64,000 bases of DNA from positions 17,292 to 81,291 of the IMG/VR virus record IMGVR_UViG_3300029959_000704, one strand, 5' to 3'. Made by a program: the position numbers and the translations under genes. The DNA comes from a virus (taxonomy: Duplodnaviria; Caudoviricetes). Shown one piece after another: positions 1-8,022 of this stretch (positions within the stretch are counted from its first letter, which is position 1; the number at the start of each line of letters is the position of its first letter). The notes beneath the pieces are model-generated. The model made no database searches. It was given only the letters and a program-made list of their open reading frames with translations, and was not told where the DNA came from.

Positions 1-282
1 TTCAAAATGTTCAGTTTTTAACCTATCTTTAAAAGTCTCTTCAGTCTTGAATTGTTTTAAATGATCTTTCCTACTAATAAAGATAGCATTATGGTCCATT
101 ACTAGTTCTTTTGCATCTAATTCAATGTGTCTAAAAGGAAACCATTTGGTGTCTCCATTTTCGAATGTGACTTTATATCCAAATGCTTTGCTAGGATCAC
201 TAGAAAAATAATTTGCATCTTTTGCATCTTCTATTCCAGTAGTTTCAACTTTTTTAACCTTTAATGCGATATACTCTTGCAT
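1..282 (-). CDS. Partial hypothetical phage protein (3' end outside window), MQEYIALKVKKVETTG...GYKVTFENGDTKWFPF...FKDRLKTEHFE
   Basis: Manual translation: ATG at 282-280, frame open for 94 codons to the window edge; lies downstream of tRNA-Met and a host-type promoter. Not in the ORF track. Confidence 0.8.
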   Translation of the reverse strand, partial: MQEYIALKVKKVETTGIEDAKDANYFSSDPSKAFGYKVTFENGDTKWFPFRHIELDAKELVMDHNAIFISRKDHLKQFKTEETFKDRLKTEHFE

Positions 283-299
283 AATAATTAGTTTTTAAT

Positions 300-374
300 T
301 GGTAGCGGGGAGAGGATTTGAACCCCTGAACTTGGGATTATGAGTCCCATATGTTACCACTACACCACCCCGCT
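300..374 (-). tRNA. trnM: tRNA with CAT anticodon (Met; Ile2 not excluded), CCA encoded
   Basis: Reverse complement AGCGGGG...TGGGA-CTCATAA-TCCCA...GGGTTCAAATCC...CCCCGCT-ACCA forms a full cloverleaf. Confidence 0.95.
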
Positions 375-389
375 GTTTTAAATTCAATA

Positions 390-421
390 CAAAGATATGC
401 TAAAAATAATTACTATCCAAA
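390..421 (-). promoter_or_regulatory. Bacteroidota sigma-A promoter driving tRNA-Met and the leftward ORF
   Basis: Minus strand TTTG (421-418), 20-nt spacer, TATCTTTG (397-390); matches the TTTG-N19-21-TAnnTTTG consensus. Confidence 0.8.
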
Positions 422-850
422 TTTTTAGTAATAATTTTTAGTTTTTTATTAAGTATATAGGTTAAATGAATAGAAATACAGATGTATAACCTATGGTATC
501 ATAAGTTATACTTATTTAAATATCAATACTTTAGAATGATTTATACTTACTATAGAATTATTAGTTAAGTATAAGAGATAATTAATTATATAAAAGTACC
601 CTAGAGGCTCTCACTCTTCTCACCATTTTAATGTGTGGTTTCACTTTAGAAAAGGACTTCACGTCTCTATTAGTATTCCCTATTAAATAGGGCCCCTTCA
701 CTAGTATTCCCCTTTGCGATGATACGCTCTAGCCTAGAGGGTTTATTCTCCTTTTCCTAAAGATGATCTTTAATTGGGTAATTATCAACCACCTATCATA
801 ATTCCAAGCCTTTTACCTTACTAGAGTAGTACCTGGATGAATGACGGTGG

Positions 851-882
851 CAAATATAGGTATAAAAAATTTATAAACCAAA
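851..882 (-). promoter_or_regulatory. Second leftward Bacteroidota sigma-A promoter
   Basis: Minus strand TTTG (882-879), 20-nt spacer, TATATTTG (858-851). Confidence 0.75.
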
Positions 883-1033
883 TGATGTTTTTTCTAAAAA
901 AATTTTTTATAAAAAAAATTTGAAAAAGTTTTTGTTGTCATAAGCGTTGGATACCTAACCAACCACCCCCCACTTAATTGTGGCGAGGGGGAGGTCCCCC
1001 CTTGTTATTATTAACTCTTAACAATTACAGATC

Positions 1034-1336
1034 ATGGCAACAACAGCTACTTTCAAACCTAATTCTACCGTTACAGTAGACGCTCTCAAAATTCAGGAAG
1101 GATTCAGTGCTTCTGAAAAAGCACTTGACATCATTCAGAACCCTAAGACTGGTAAGGTATTCTTCCAGGTTGGCTCAGTTAGAGGAGCTGTCACTTCAAA
1201 ACTGACACCTCAGCAACTTGCAGCAACATATGCAGAAAATCCTCGCCTTGTTTGTGTGAGCGTGCTCTCAACAGCAGACGGTGACATTCCGGTTCTCCAC
1301 AAACGTGGTGAAAACAATGTTATGGTTACATTCTAA
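1034..1336 (+). CDS. Small conserved crAss-like phage protein (NPKTGKxFF...G.V...LH family); paralog of 5509..5793
   Basis: ORF track; motif pattern familiar from crAss-like phages; followed by a strong terminator. Confidence 0.8.
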   Translation: MATTATFKPNSTVTVDALKIQEGFSASEKALDIIQNPKTGKVFFQVGSVRGAVTSKLTPQQLAATYAENPRLVCVSVLSTADGDIPVLHKRGENNVMVTF

Positions 1337-1347
1337 CCATACAGACC

Positions 1348-1371
1348 AAAGGGGCTTCGGCCCCTTTTTTT
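1348..1371 (+). terminator. Intrinsic terminator with cUUCGg tetraloop
   Basis: AAAGGGGC-TTCG-GCCCCTTTTTTT immediately after ORF 1034..1336. Confidence 0.9.
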
Positions 1372-1808
1372 AACCTATTGTTTATTTAAGAATTACCATT
1401 CAAGAATTACAATAGATTATATAAGTATTCCCTATCTATTTATTTAAGTAGATAGAGAGTATTATCTTAGTAGAACAGTTGTGATAAACTCTTCTATTTA
1501 ACACCTATTTAATAATATTATATTGAAGGTACAATTTTGTTAAATTTCATTAGGTGTTATTCAATGATTAGAATTCATTGTTATTAAGTCGTCCATATGT
1601 ATTAATTAACTATAGTATTTCGAACATATTAATAGCATGGTTAATATATATGGATTGACTTAATTTATTGTTGATCAATTAATTACTTAAAGAGTTAATG
1701 ATTGAAAGAGTTAGATAATAACAAACCTCACCCTTTCACCTATTTTACAGATGACCCCAATTTTACAAGTTAACTATTATTTATAACAATATAATCCCAT
1801 TAGGTATT

Positions 1809-2222
1809 ATGATAACATTAACAAAAGAACTTCAACTAATTATTATTAGGGAAGCTATTCGTTTACTAAAAGAGAAAATTGCTGATAAAGAAGGTGCTTA
1901 TAGTCTATGTAATATATTAGATGAAGTCTTTTTTACAATAAGGTTCTCTCGTACTTATTCAGAGTGGAAAGAAGAGATGAATTCTTTTGCAGAATACCTT
2001 CTGGATAACTCTATTGTTCCCTGGGGAGCCGAAATAAACAAAGCTGGTAGACATTCCATTGAATTATTTAATTATGAGAATGCTAATAAATTCATTAAAG
2101 ATGCTAACCTTCCTGTATATCTGTTCTCAAATAAACTAGGATATTGGTTTTGGGCAGATGATTATAAATCCAGAATATTATTCTTAGAGTATATACAGTC
2201 TAAACTTAGAGAGCAATTATAA
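1809..2222 (+). CDS. Hypothetical protein, paralog family A (L..ELQL.II.EAI / LC.I / FWF..DD...RI.FL..I)
   Basis: ORF track; shared N- and C-terminal motifs with the three adjacent ORFs. Confidence 0.8.
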   Translation: MITLTKELQLIIIREAIRLLKEKIADKEGAYSLCNILDEVFFTIRFSRTYSEWKEEMNSFAEYLLDNSIVPWGAEINKAGRHSIELFNYENANKFIKDANLPVYLFSNKLGYWFWADDYKSRILFLEYIQSKLREQL

Positions 2223-2223
2223 C

Positions 2224-2628
2224 ATGAAAACACTTCCAAAAGAAATTCAGCTTCTTATAATTAAAGAAGCAATTAGACTCTTGAATGAGGCTATTCTTGA
2301 TAAAGATGATCACTTTAGTCTATGTAGAATATTTGATGATGCTTTTAATAATGTTAGATACGATAATGGAGGTATTGTCTATAATGCATTGACTGATTTT
2401 AGAAATGATTTAGTAGGAACTACATTAAATGAAATACAAGCGATAAAACATTCAGGTAGATATTCAGTTCCATTATTAAATTATGAAGAAGCATTAAATT
2501 TCTTAATAGACAATAATCTTCCTAAACATGATAATGCTTCTAGAGCAGGTTTTTGGTTTAAGAAAGATGATTATATGATAAGAATGCAATTCCTACAACA
2601 TATTAAATATAAACTTATTATTCAATAA
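2224..2628 (+). CDS. Hypothetical protein, paralog family A
   Basis: LPKEIQLLIIKEAI...GFWFKKDDYMIRMQFLQHI. Confidence 0.8.
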   Translation: MKTLPKEIQLLIIKEAIRLLNEAILDKDDHFSLCRIFDDAFNNVRYDNGGIVYNALTDFRNDLVGTTLNEIQAIKHSGRYSVPLLNYEEALNFLIDNNLPKHDNASRAGFWFKKDDYMIRMQFLQHIKYKLIIQ

Positions 2629-2632
2629 TACT

Positions 2633-3070
2633 ATGAAAGCATTACCATTACAATTACAATTAGCTCTTATTGATAAGACTATTCAACTCATGAAGAGTGA
2701 TTTTATTCCATATAGTATATGTGCTGTATTATATGATGCATACATAGAATTTAAGACAGAAGCAGATTCAAAAGATCAGAAACTAATCAATAAGTTTGAA
2801 AGAGATTATAAAAGATCACTAATTCCTTGGGGTACCACAGCTATTGAAAGAAGAGCTCTTCCTTTATTTACATTTGGACATGCTATGCAGTTTCTAAAAG
2901 ACTCTAATTTAAGCAAATATGATGGAGCTAATGAACATCTGTTTTGGTTTAAATGTGATGACCTAAATATAAGAATTAAGTTTCTTAATTATCTGAGATC
3001 TAAGATTATTAACCAAATAAAAGAAGAAAATGGAAACATTACCATTGAAGATTCAATTAATGATAATTGA
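2633..3070 (+). CDS. Hypothetical protein, paralog family A
   Basis: LPLQLQLALIDKTI...FWFKCDDLNIRIKFLNYL. Confidence 0.8.
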   Translation: MKALPLQLQLALIDKTIQLMKSDFIPYSICAVLYDAYIEFKTEADSKDQKLINKFERDYKRSLIPWGTTAIERRALPLFTFGHAMQFLKDSNLSKYDGANEHLFWFKCDDLNIRIKFLNYLRSKIINQIKEENGNITIEDSINDN

Positions 3071-3416
3071 TGAAGCAATAAAAATACTACCATCTGATTT
3101 AGGTCTTTGTAGTGCCATAGATACTGCATTTAATAAACTAATGTTTCATTCAGAATTAAGTATTGGAATGTGTCTTAATAATTTTCGTCATAGCCTTATT
3201 AAAGATGGGGTTAGTGAAATTTATGCAAGAAATCATGCTGGAAAAAAGTCAATACCTCTTTTTAATTTTGAAGAGGCTACAACATTTAGAATTAGCAGAA
3301 ATCACATCTACAAAAATTCTAGTTTAGGATGGTTCTGGTTTAGACCAGGAGAGCTTCAAATAAGATTAGATTTCTTGGAATACTTAAAAGAAAAAATCAA
3401 ACAACAAATGGGATAG
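3030..3416 (+). CDS. Hypothetical protein, paralog family A
   Basis: LPLKIQLMIIDEAI...WFWFRPGELQIRLDFLEYL. Confidence 0.8.
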   Translation: METLPLKIQLMIIDEAIKILPSDLGLCSAIDTAFNKLMFHSELSIGMCLNNFRHSLIKDGVSEIYARNHAGKKSIPLFNFEEATTFRISRNHIYKNSSLGWFWFRPGELQIRLDFLEYLKEKIKQQMG

Positions 3417-3437
3417 TTCTATAAGATCTAATCCCTA

Positions 3438-3511
3438 TGGACATAGTTCAACAAGTAGAACGCAACCATGAGTGTATGTGTTGAAATATAGGTTCGAATC
3501 CTAATTGTCCA
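3438..3511 (+). ncRNA. tRNA-like element with abnormal anticodon arm (pseudo-tRNA)
   Basis: Acceptor TGGACA/TGTCCA, D stem GTTC/GAAC, T arm TAGG-TTCGAAT-CCTA; anticodon stem CAAC/GTTG encloses 13 nt instead of a 7-nt loop. Confidence 0.65.
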
Positions 3512-3876
3512 GCTATAATTTAAAATATTATAATGTCTCTCTTATAATAGTATTAAAACCTTGACAAGGTTTAACTTAATGTTGATTATGAGACTTGATA
3601 AAGCGGTTATGACTTAGAAGCCAATTGTGATAATAATCCACAGAAAAGATAAGTCTATAATGTTTTAAATAAAAGTATAAAGTGTTACTAGCCATAGATA
3701 GGTATCAAGTAACATAGAGAACGATTAATATCGTGCCTACTAACACTTTATACTGCTCCCTTAATATCCTCATACCTTAATCGGGTACCTCCTTTTTTAC
3801 TCTACTCATTGTCTTAAGGCTGATTAGTATGAGGATATTATTTATTGAAATTACCAACAATCTTATATTTATTATT

Positions 3877-4344
3877 ATGAAAAACTTTATTTTATTAAGC
3901 ATCATTGCTATTATTTCATTTAGTTGTAACCCTCCTAAGAGGGAAGTAGAAAAACCTATTGATCATACAACTCAATTTGCTGTATCTTCTGTCTATATGA
4001 TGATGGAAGGTGGAGAAATGGAGGAGTATTCAGATCAGCCGTTCTTGACCGTCACTCTTGACACATTGAATAAGTCATTCTCATTTGATGGAGGAGAAGG
4101 AGGAATTAAGTACATTACATACACAGGATTTAAAGAAGTTGATACTAAAAACTCTGATAAATTCTATAAAACTGATGGTACTGATCACCTGAATAATAAT
4201 CTCACTCTTTCTATGCTATTTCAACAATACAAACCTTATATCTCATTAAGGATACAGATCGAAGAATTGATCTTTATATATGTATTATATCCTATGCAAG
4301 AAATGAATGACGATGGGTACACAAAATTGGCCGGATTATTATAA
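3877..4344 (+). CDS. Putative lipoprotein (start reassigned from 3829 to ATG 3877)
   Basis: MKNFILLSIIAIISFSC: basic N-terminus, hydrophobic core and lipobox Cys. Confidence 0.7.
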   Translation: MKNFILLSIIAIISFSCNPPKREVEKPIDHTTQFAVSSVYMMMEGGEMEEYSDQPFLTVTLDTLNKSFSFDGGEGGIKYITYTGFKEVDTKNSDKFYKTDGTDHLNNNLTLSMLFQQYKPYISLRIQIEELIFIYVLYPMQEMNDDGYTKLAGLL

Positions 4345-4933
4345 ATTTAGAGTAAATAGTCTATACTACGAAGCTTATTTTGCTGAGAAGTATGGACTAT
4401 TTATTGATATGATTTGTAAAAGACTAGATGAAGGAGATATTACCACAATTATTGAAGAAGGATGTGGTATAGGAAGTATAACAAAGCAATTATTTCCTAA
4501 ATTTCCTAATATTAAGTACAAACTAAGAGATAAGGATGTTGGCATGCTTGTATTAGCAGAGAAAAATCTATCTTGTTATATTGATAGAGATCTTTATCCT
4601 AAAAATGGGGCATTATTAGCAGGATCAGATAATATATCATTTACTGTTTATGATATTTTCAATAGTAATGGCATACCAGTAACACCTAATGCTCTTACCA
4701 TTACCCATGGAGTTTTAGAACATTTTGGTGATTATTCTATTGAATTAGCTATATTTAATATGAACCGCTATTCAAGAACACAACTTCATTATGTCCCATT
4801 AAATGGTTATAATACTCCTTCTTTTGGTGATGAAAGATTACTACCAGCAAGTCACTGGATAGATCTCCTTGGTTTACATAAACCTAATTATATAATAAAA
4901 GATAATAAAGATTTATTCTTTCAAATTGGTTAA
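4307..4933 (+). CDS. Class I SAM-dependent methyltransferase
   Basis: Motif I IIEEGCGIGS, acidic residue after beta2 (LRDKD), THGVLEHF post-motif. Confidence 0.75.
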   Translation: MTMGTQNWPDYYKFRVNSLYYEAYFAEKYGLFIDMICKRLDEGDITTIIEEGCGIGSITKQLFPKFPNIKYKLRDKDVGMLVLAEKNLSCYIDRDLYPKNGALLAGSDNISFTVYDIFNSNGIPVTPNALTITHGVLEHFGDYSIELAIFNMNRYSRTQLHYVPLNGYNTPSFGDERLLPASHWIDLLGLHKPNYIIKDNKDLFFQIG

Positions 4934-4937
4934 AATT

Positions 4938-5144
4938 ATGGCTAAATTTAACTTTTCAAATTACAAAGATTGTGTTAAACAACTTAAAAAACAAGGTATT
5001 ACACATCTTGGTTGGATAGAAGATGGTATTAAATTACCTACAGGAGTAAGATTCACTGAAGTCTTCTCAAATAAAAATAATTCTGAATGTATATTTCTGT
5101 CAGAAGAGCAAAAGCTTTGCTATTCTGCAGACCTTTCAGAATAA
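4938..5144 (+). CDS. Hypothetical protein
   Basis: ORF track (4926 start); ATG 4938 has a typical AAAATT-ATG context. Confidence 0.6.
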   Translation: MAKFNFSNYKDCVKQLKKQGITHLGWIEDGIKLPTGVRFTEVFSNKNNSECIFLSEEQKLCYSADLSE

Positions 5145-5461
5145 TAATTTTTTCCGAATCCTTTTTAAATGTTTATACATTTTTGCATAGCACATTTAGT
5201 AGGACTCAAGTAGCTATTGCAGTGAAAACTAGTCTCGAAGCTTGGAAAATACACGTGTCTGAAATTTAAAGAGATACTTCGGAAAATCCTTTAAGTAATG
5301 CATTAGAGATAACAATTAGATTTTTAATTGAAATTTAGGGGAAATTGTTTGTCAAAGGGTTAGACATTCTAATGCATTACTTATTCATTTACCTATTCCT
5401 ATTATATATTGAGTTTTTTGTTAATTCACTACAGTATATAATAACAAGAATAGGCTAAAAC

Positions 5462-5494
5462 AGGTATCCTATATTAATAGTATAGGATACCTTT
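5462..5494 (+). terminator. 12-bp perfect hairpin, terminator-like or processing site
   Basis: AGGTATCCTATA-7 nt-TATAGGATACCT followed by TT. Confidence 0.55.
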
Positions 5495-5508
5495 AATTTT
5501 AAAATAAT

Positions 5509-5793
5509 ATGATACTAAACACATATACAATTGATGAAATTAAAAGGGCTGAAGGATTAAATCCTGATGAACCTTGCTTTAATATCCATAAATCTAAAAC
5601 TGATAATGGACATTTTTGGACTTGCGGTAATTCAAAAGGTCCAGTGACTCAACAAGTAGATATACAGGAGGTAATAGATGCTATTCCTAATGTAGCTATT
5701 TCTGAAATAGTAGATGAGATTACCGGTGATGTAGTTTTAGTATTACATATTATTTCATCTAGATCTGAAGAAAACACTATTGTTAAATTTTAA
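5509..5793 (+). CDS. Paralog of ORF 1034..1336
   Basis: Shared pattern T.D..K..EG...I...KT...F..G...G.VT...S...GD...LH...N..V.F. Confidence 0.75.
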   Translation: MILNTYTIDEIKRAEGLNPDEPCFNIHKSKTDNGHFWTCGNSKGPVTQQVDIQEVIDAIPNVAISEIVDEITGDVVLVLHIISSRSEENTIVKF

Positions 5794-5804
5794 TATTTAA
5801 AGCA

Positions 5805-6041
5805 ATGAAAAATTTCTTGCTGTCTAAAACTTTTTTATGGATAAGTGTACTTATCTATGTAATTTTTGTACATAATGTTGCCTCTGCTTGGGCTAAATTA
5901 AGTGGAGAGTTTTCTTACCTGCAATTATTGTTTGCCTATCTGTTCTATGGAGCAGTATTTATGGTCTTATTAGCAGTAAGACATCATTACAGAATTAAAA
6001 ATAACTTTAATAACATTTCAAAAAATGGAAAACGAAATTAA
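5805..6041 (+). CDS. Small two-TM membrane protein
   Basis: Two hydrophobic stretches; ORF track. Confidence 0.65.
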   Translation: MKNFLLSKTFLWISVLIYVIFVHNVASAWAKLSGEFSYLQLLFAYLFYGAVFMVLLAVRHHYRIKNNFNNISKNGKRN

Positions 6042-6615
6042 ACAACTCTCTGCTGAAGAAGAAGCCCAGAAAGCTAAAATTGAAGAATTACAGAATATTC
6101 TCATAGAGCTTCTTATCAAACCAATCCAAGAAATGCGTGATGATATACATGCTCGTATTCAGGATGTGGATAATAAATTTGGAGTTTTGGTCACTATCAT
6201 TTCTGAAAACACAATGTCTTCAGCTATGATTGGTAATGGTCATATCCTAGCTAATGGAATGATGCACATTCTTTGTGATCCAAACAATTCTGCTATGGGT
6301 GCTGAAGTGTTCCTAGCACTTTCAGATCAAGAGCATGTTACTGAAAAGGCTCTAATGTTGGCTCGTATGAAAGCTATTGCTACTATGCTTGGAAGAGATG
6401 TCTTTGAAGATATGGATATAGCACAGAGTGGATCTAAAGAAGCTATGGAAAAACTCACAAAAGACATTGCAGATGCTCCTATTCTAGGTCAAGAAGAATC
6501 TTTGGAACCAGAAGGGTCAGCTTTGAAATCAAAGGCCAATCAATCAGCAGTAGCTATGATGATAGGAGCATTACTTGGAAATGCATTGAATTCTAAAAAG
6601 AACGAGAGGAGCTAA
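6025..6615 (+). CDS. Hypothetical protein
   Basis: 196-aa ORF overlapping the previous stop and followed by a hairpin. Confidence 0.75.
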   Translation: MENEIKQLSAEEEAQKAKIEELQNILIELLIKPIQEMRDDIHARIQDVDNKFGVLVTIISENTMSSAMIGNGHILANGMMHILCDPNNSAMGAEVFLALSDQEHVTEKALMLARMKAIATMLGRDVFEDMDIAQSGSKEAMEKLTKDIADAPILGQEESLEPEGSALKSKANQSAVAMMIGALLGNALNSKKNERS

Positions 6616-6625
6616 TTCGCAATCT

Positions 6626-6660
6626 AGGATATCCTCAATGTAAAAAGTTGAGGATATCTT
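6626..6660 (+). terminator. 13-bp hairpin, terminator-like
   Basis: AGGATATCCTCAA-9 nt-TTGAGGATATCTT. Confidence 0.6.
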
Positions 6661-6766
6661 ACTATATATATGGCAATCCAGCCGAACATCAAACAAGCCT
6701 ATGGATTTAGGCGATCTATTATTACGTGACATATTGTCATGAAAAACACATTTAATTTTTTAAAAA

Positions 6767-7117
6767 ATGAACAAATTTCAAAGCGTCCTTAAACAGTCTT
6801 CAAAAGACATTAAAGAGAACAGAGCGAGAATCGCAAGTGAAAATGCAAAAGATGCTGCAGAAGAACTCGTAAGAAGCATTCGTAAAGAGGTAAGAGCCCT
6901 TGAATCTGACCTTGATAGATTAACTGACCTTAACAGGGACAGTGAGCTTTCACTTAAAGTATTGAAGGATGACTTCGATGCTTCAAAGTGGATTATGCAG
7001 ATCCAAATTTGCAAGGTTCGCCTGGCAAATAAAAGAATTGAACTTGCTCTTGCTGAGGAAACTTACACTGAGTGGTTCGGAGAAACTGAGGAAAAATCTG
7101 GTAAATCAGGTAAATAA
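6767..7117 (+). CDS. Coiled-coil hypothetical protein
   Basis: Heptad-rich sequence; ORF track. Confidence 0.8.
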   Translation: MNKFQSVLKQSSKDIKENRARIASENAKDAAEELVRSIRKEVRALESDLDRLTDLNRDSELSLKVLKDDFDASKWIMQIQICKVRLANKRIELALAEETYTEWFGETEEKSGKSGK

Positions 7118-7119
7118 TC

Positions 7120-7917
7120 ATGGAACCAATGAAAGTATACCTATCTGTCTCATATTCAGCAGATAGGGAGCTTGTTCAAAAAGTTACACAAGACTTAAAT
7201 AGTCTTGAGAATGCAGTAATTTTAAGATATAATAATCCTTACAACAGTTGGAATATGTCAGATACAGCAAGACTTAAATCTGCTGATATTATGGTTGTTA
7301 TTCCTCCTAAATTCCAAGAGAATTTCGACTGGAGTTGTGGTAGATATGTTGGGAAAGGACAACATAATGAAATTACTACATTTAACAAAGAGAATAGCAT
7401 ATACTTGGTTCAACAAACACCTGAACAGAAAAAGAATCCAAATCTTTATTATTATCATAGGATAGTATGCATGAAAACCCTACTTCCTAATGAAGATGGA
7501 TACAATTTTTCAACCAGGTGTGGTTATATTCCATTAGCTGCTTCAGCTACCTTACTTGAAATACAGAAAAAAGTTATGGCCTCAAGAGATTCAAACCTTC
7601 CTCAGGAAGCACTGGATGCAATAAATGAAGCTAAAGCTGCATGTTCTACTTCAAATACAAAACCTTCAAAAAGATTCCAACAAGAGTCTAATGAAGATCT
7701 TGCAAGTGCTCTTAATGAGTTAGCTGCTTCTAAAATAGCAGTCTCAGGAAGTGTACTATTTAAAGAAGAAACTACTGGCTCTGCTTCTAACATGCGATTC
7801 AAAAAAGACTACGCTATAGCCGCTTGTGTTACAGTTTCTGATGACGAATTGATTCCAATTCCATTAGACGCTGAGATACCAATGCTGGCTTTATATCCTG
7901 TTATATGTAAAGTATAA
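7120..7917 (+). CDS. Hypothetical protein with a possible N-terminal TIR/nucleoside-deoxyribosyltransferase-like domain
   Basis: KVYLSVSYS...L...D..RLKSADIMVVIP...VGKGQHNEI fits a flavodoxin-like beta-alpha pattern with a Glu at the expected catalytic position; fold call is inference. Confidence 0.5.
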   Translation: MEPMKVYLSVSYSADRELVQKVTQDLNSLENAVILRYNNPYNSWNMSDTARLKSADIMVVIPPKFQENFDWSCGRYVGKGQHNEITTFNKENSIYLVQQTPEQKKNPNLYYYHRIVCMKTLLPNEDGYNFSTRCGYIPLAASATLLEIQKKVMASRDSNLPQEALDAINEAKAACSTSNTKPSKRFQQESNEDLASALNELAASKIAVSGSVLFKEETTGSASNMRFKKDYAIAACVTVSDDELIPIPLDAEIPMLALYPVICKV

Positions 7918-7924
7918 CAAGGTC

Positions 7925-7997
7925 TGAGAGATGGTGTATTGGTGCACGGTTTAAATATTTATTTATACAGGAGAGGGTTCGAATCCCTCTCTCTTTA
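7925..7997 (+). ncRNA. tRNA-like element with degenerate anticodon arm
   Basis: Acceptor GAGAGA/TCTCTT, D stem GTG/CAC, T arm GAGGG-TTCGAAT-CCCTC; central arm is AT-rich TAAAT-ATTT-ATTTA with no canonical 7-nt loop. Confidence 0.65.
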
Positions 7998-8022
7998 CTA
8001 TTAATTTAAAACTAATTTAATT

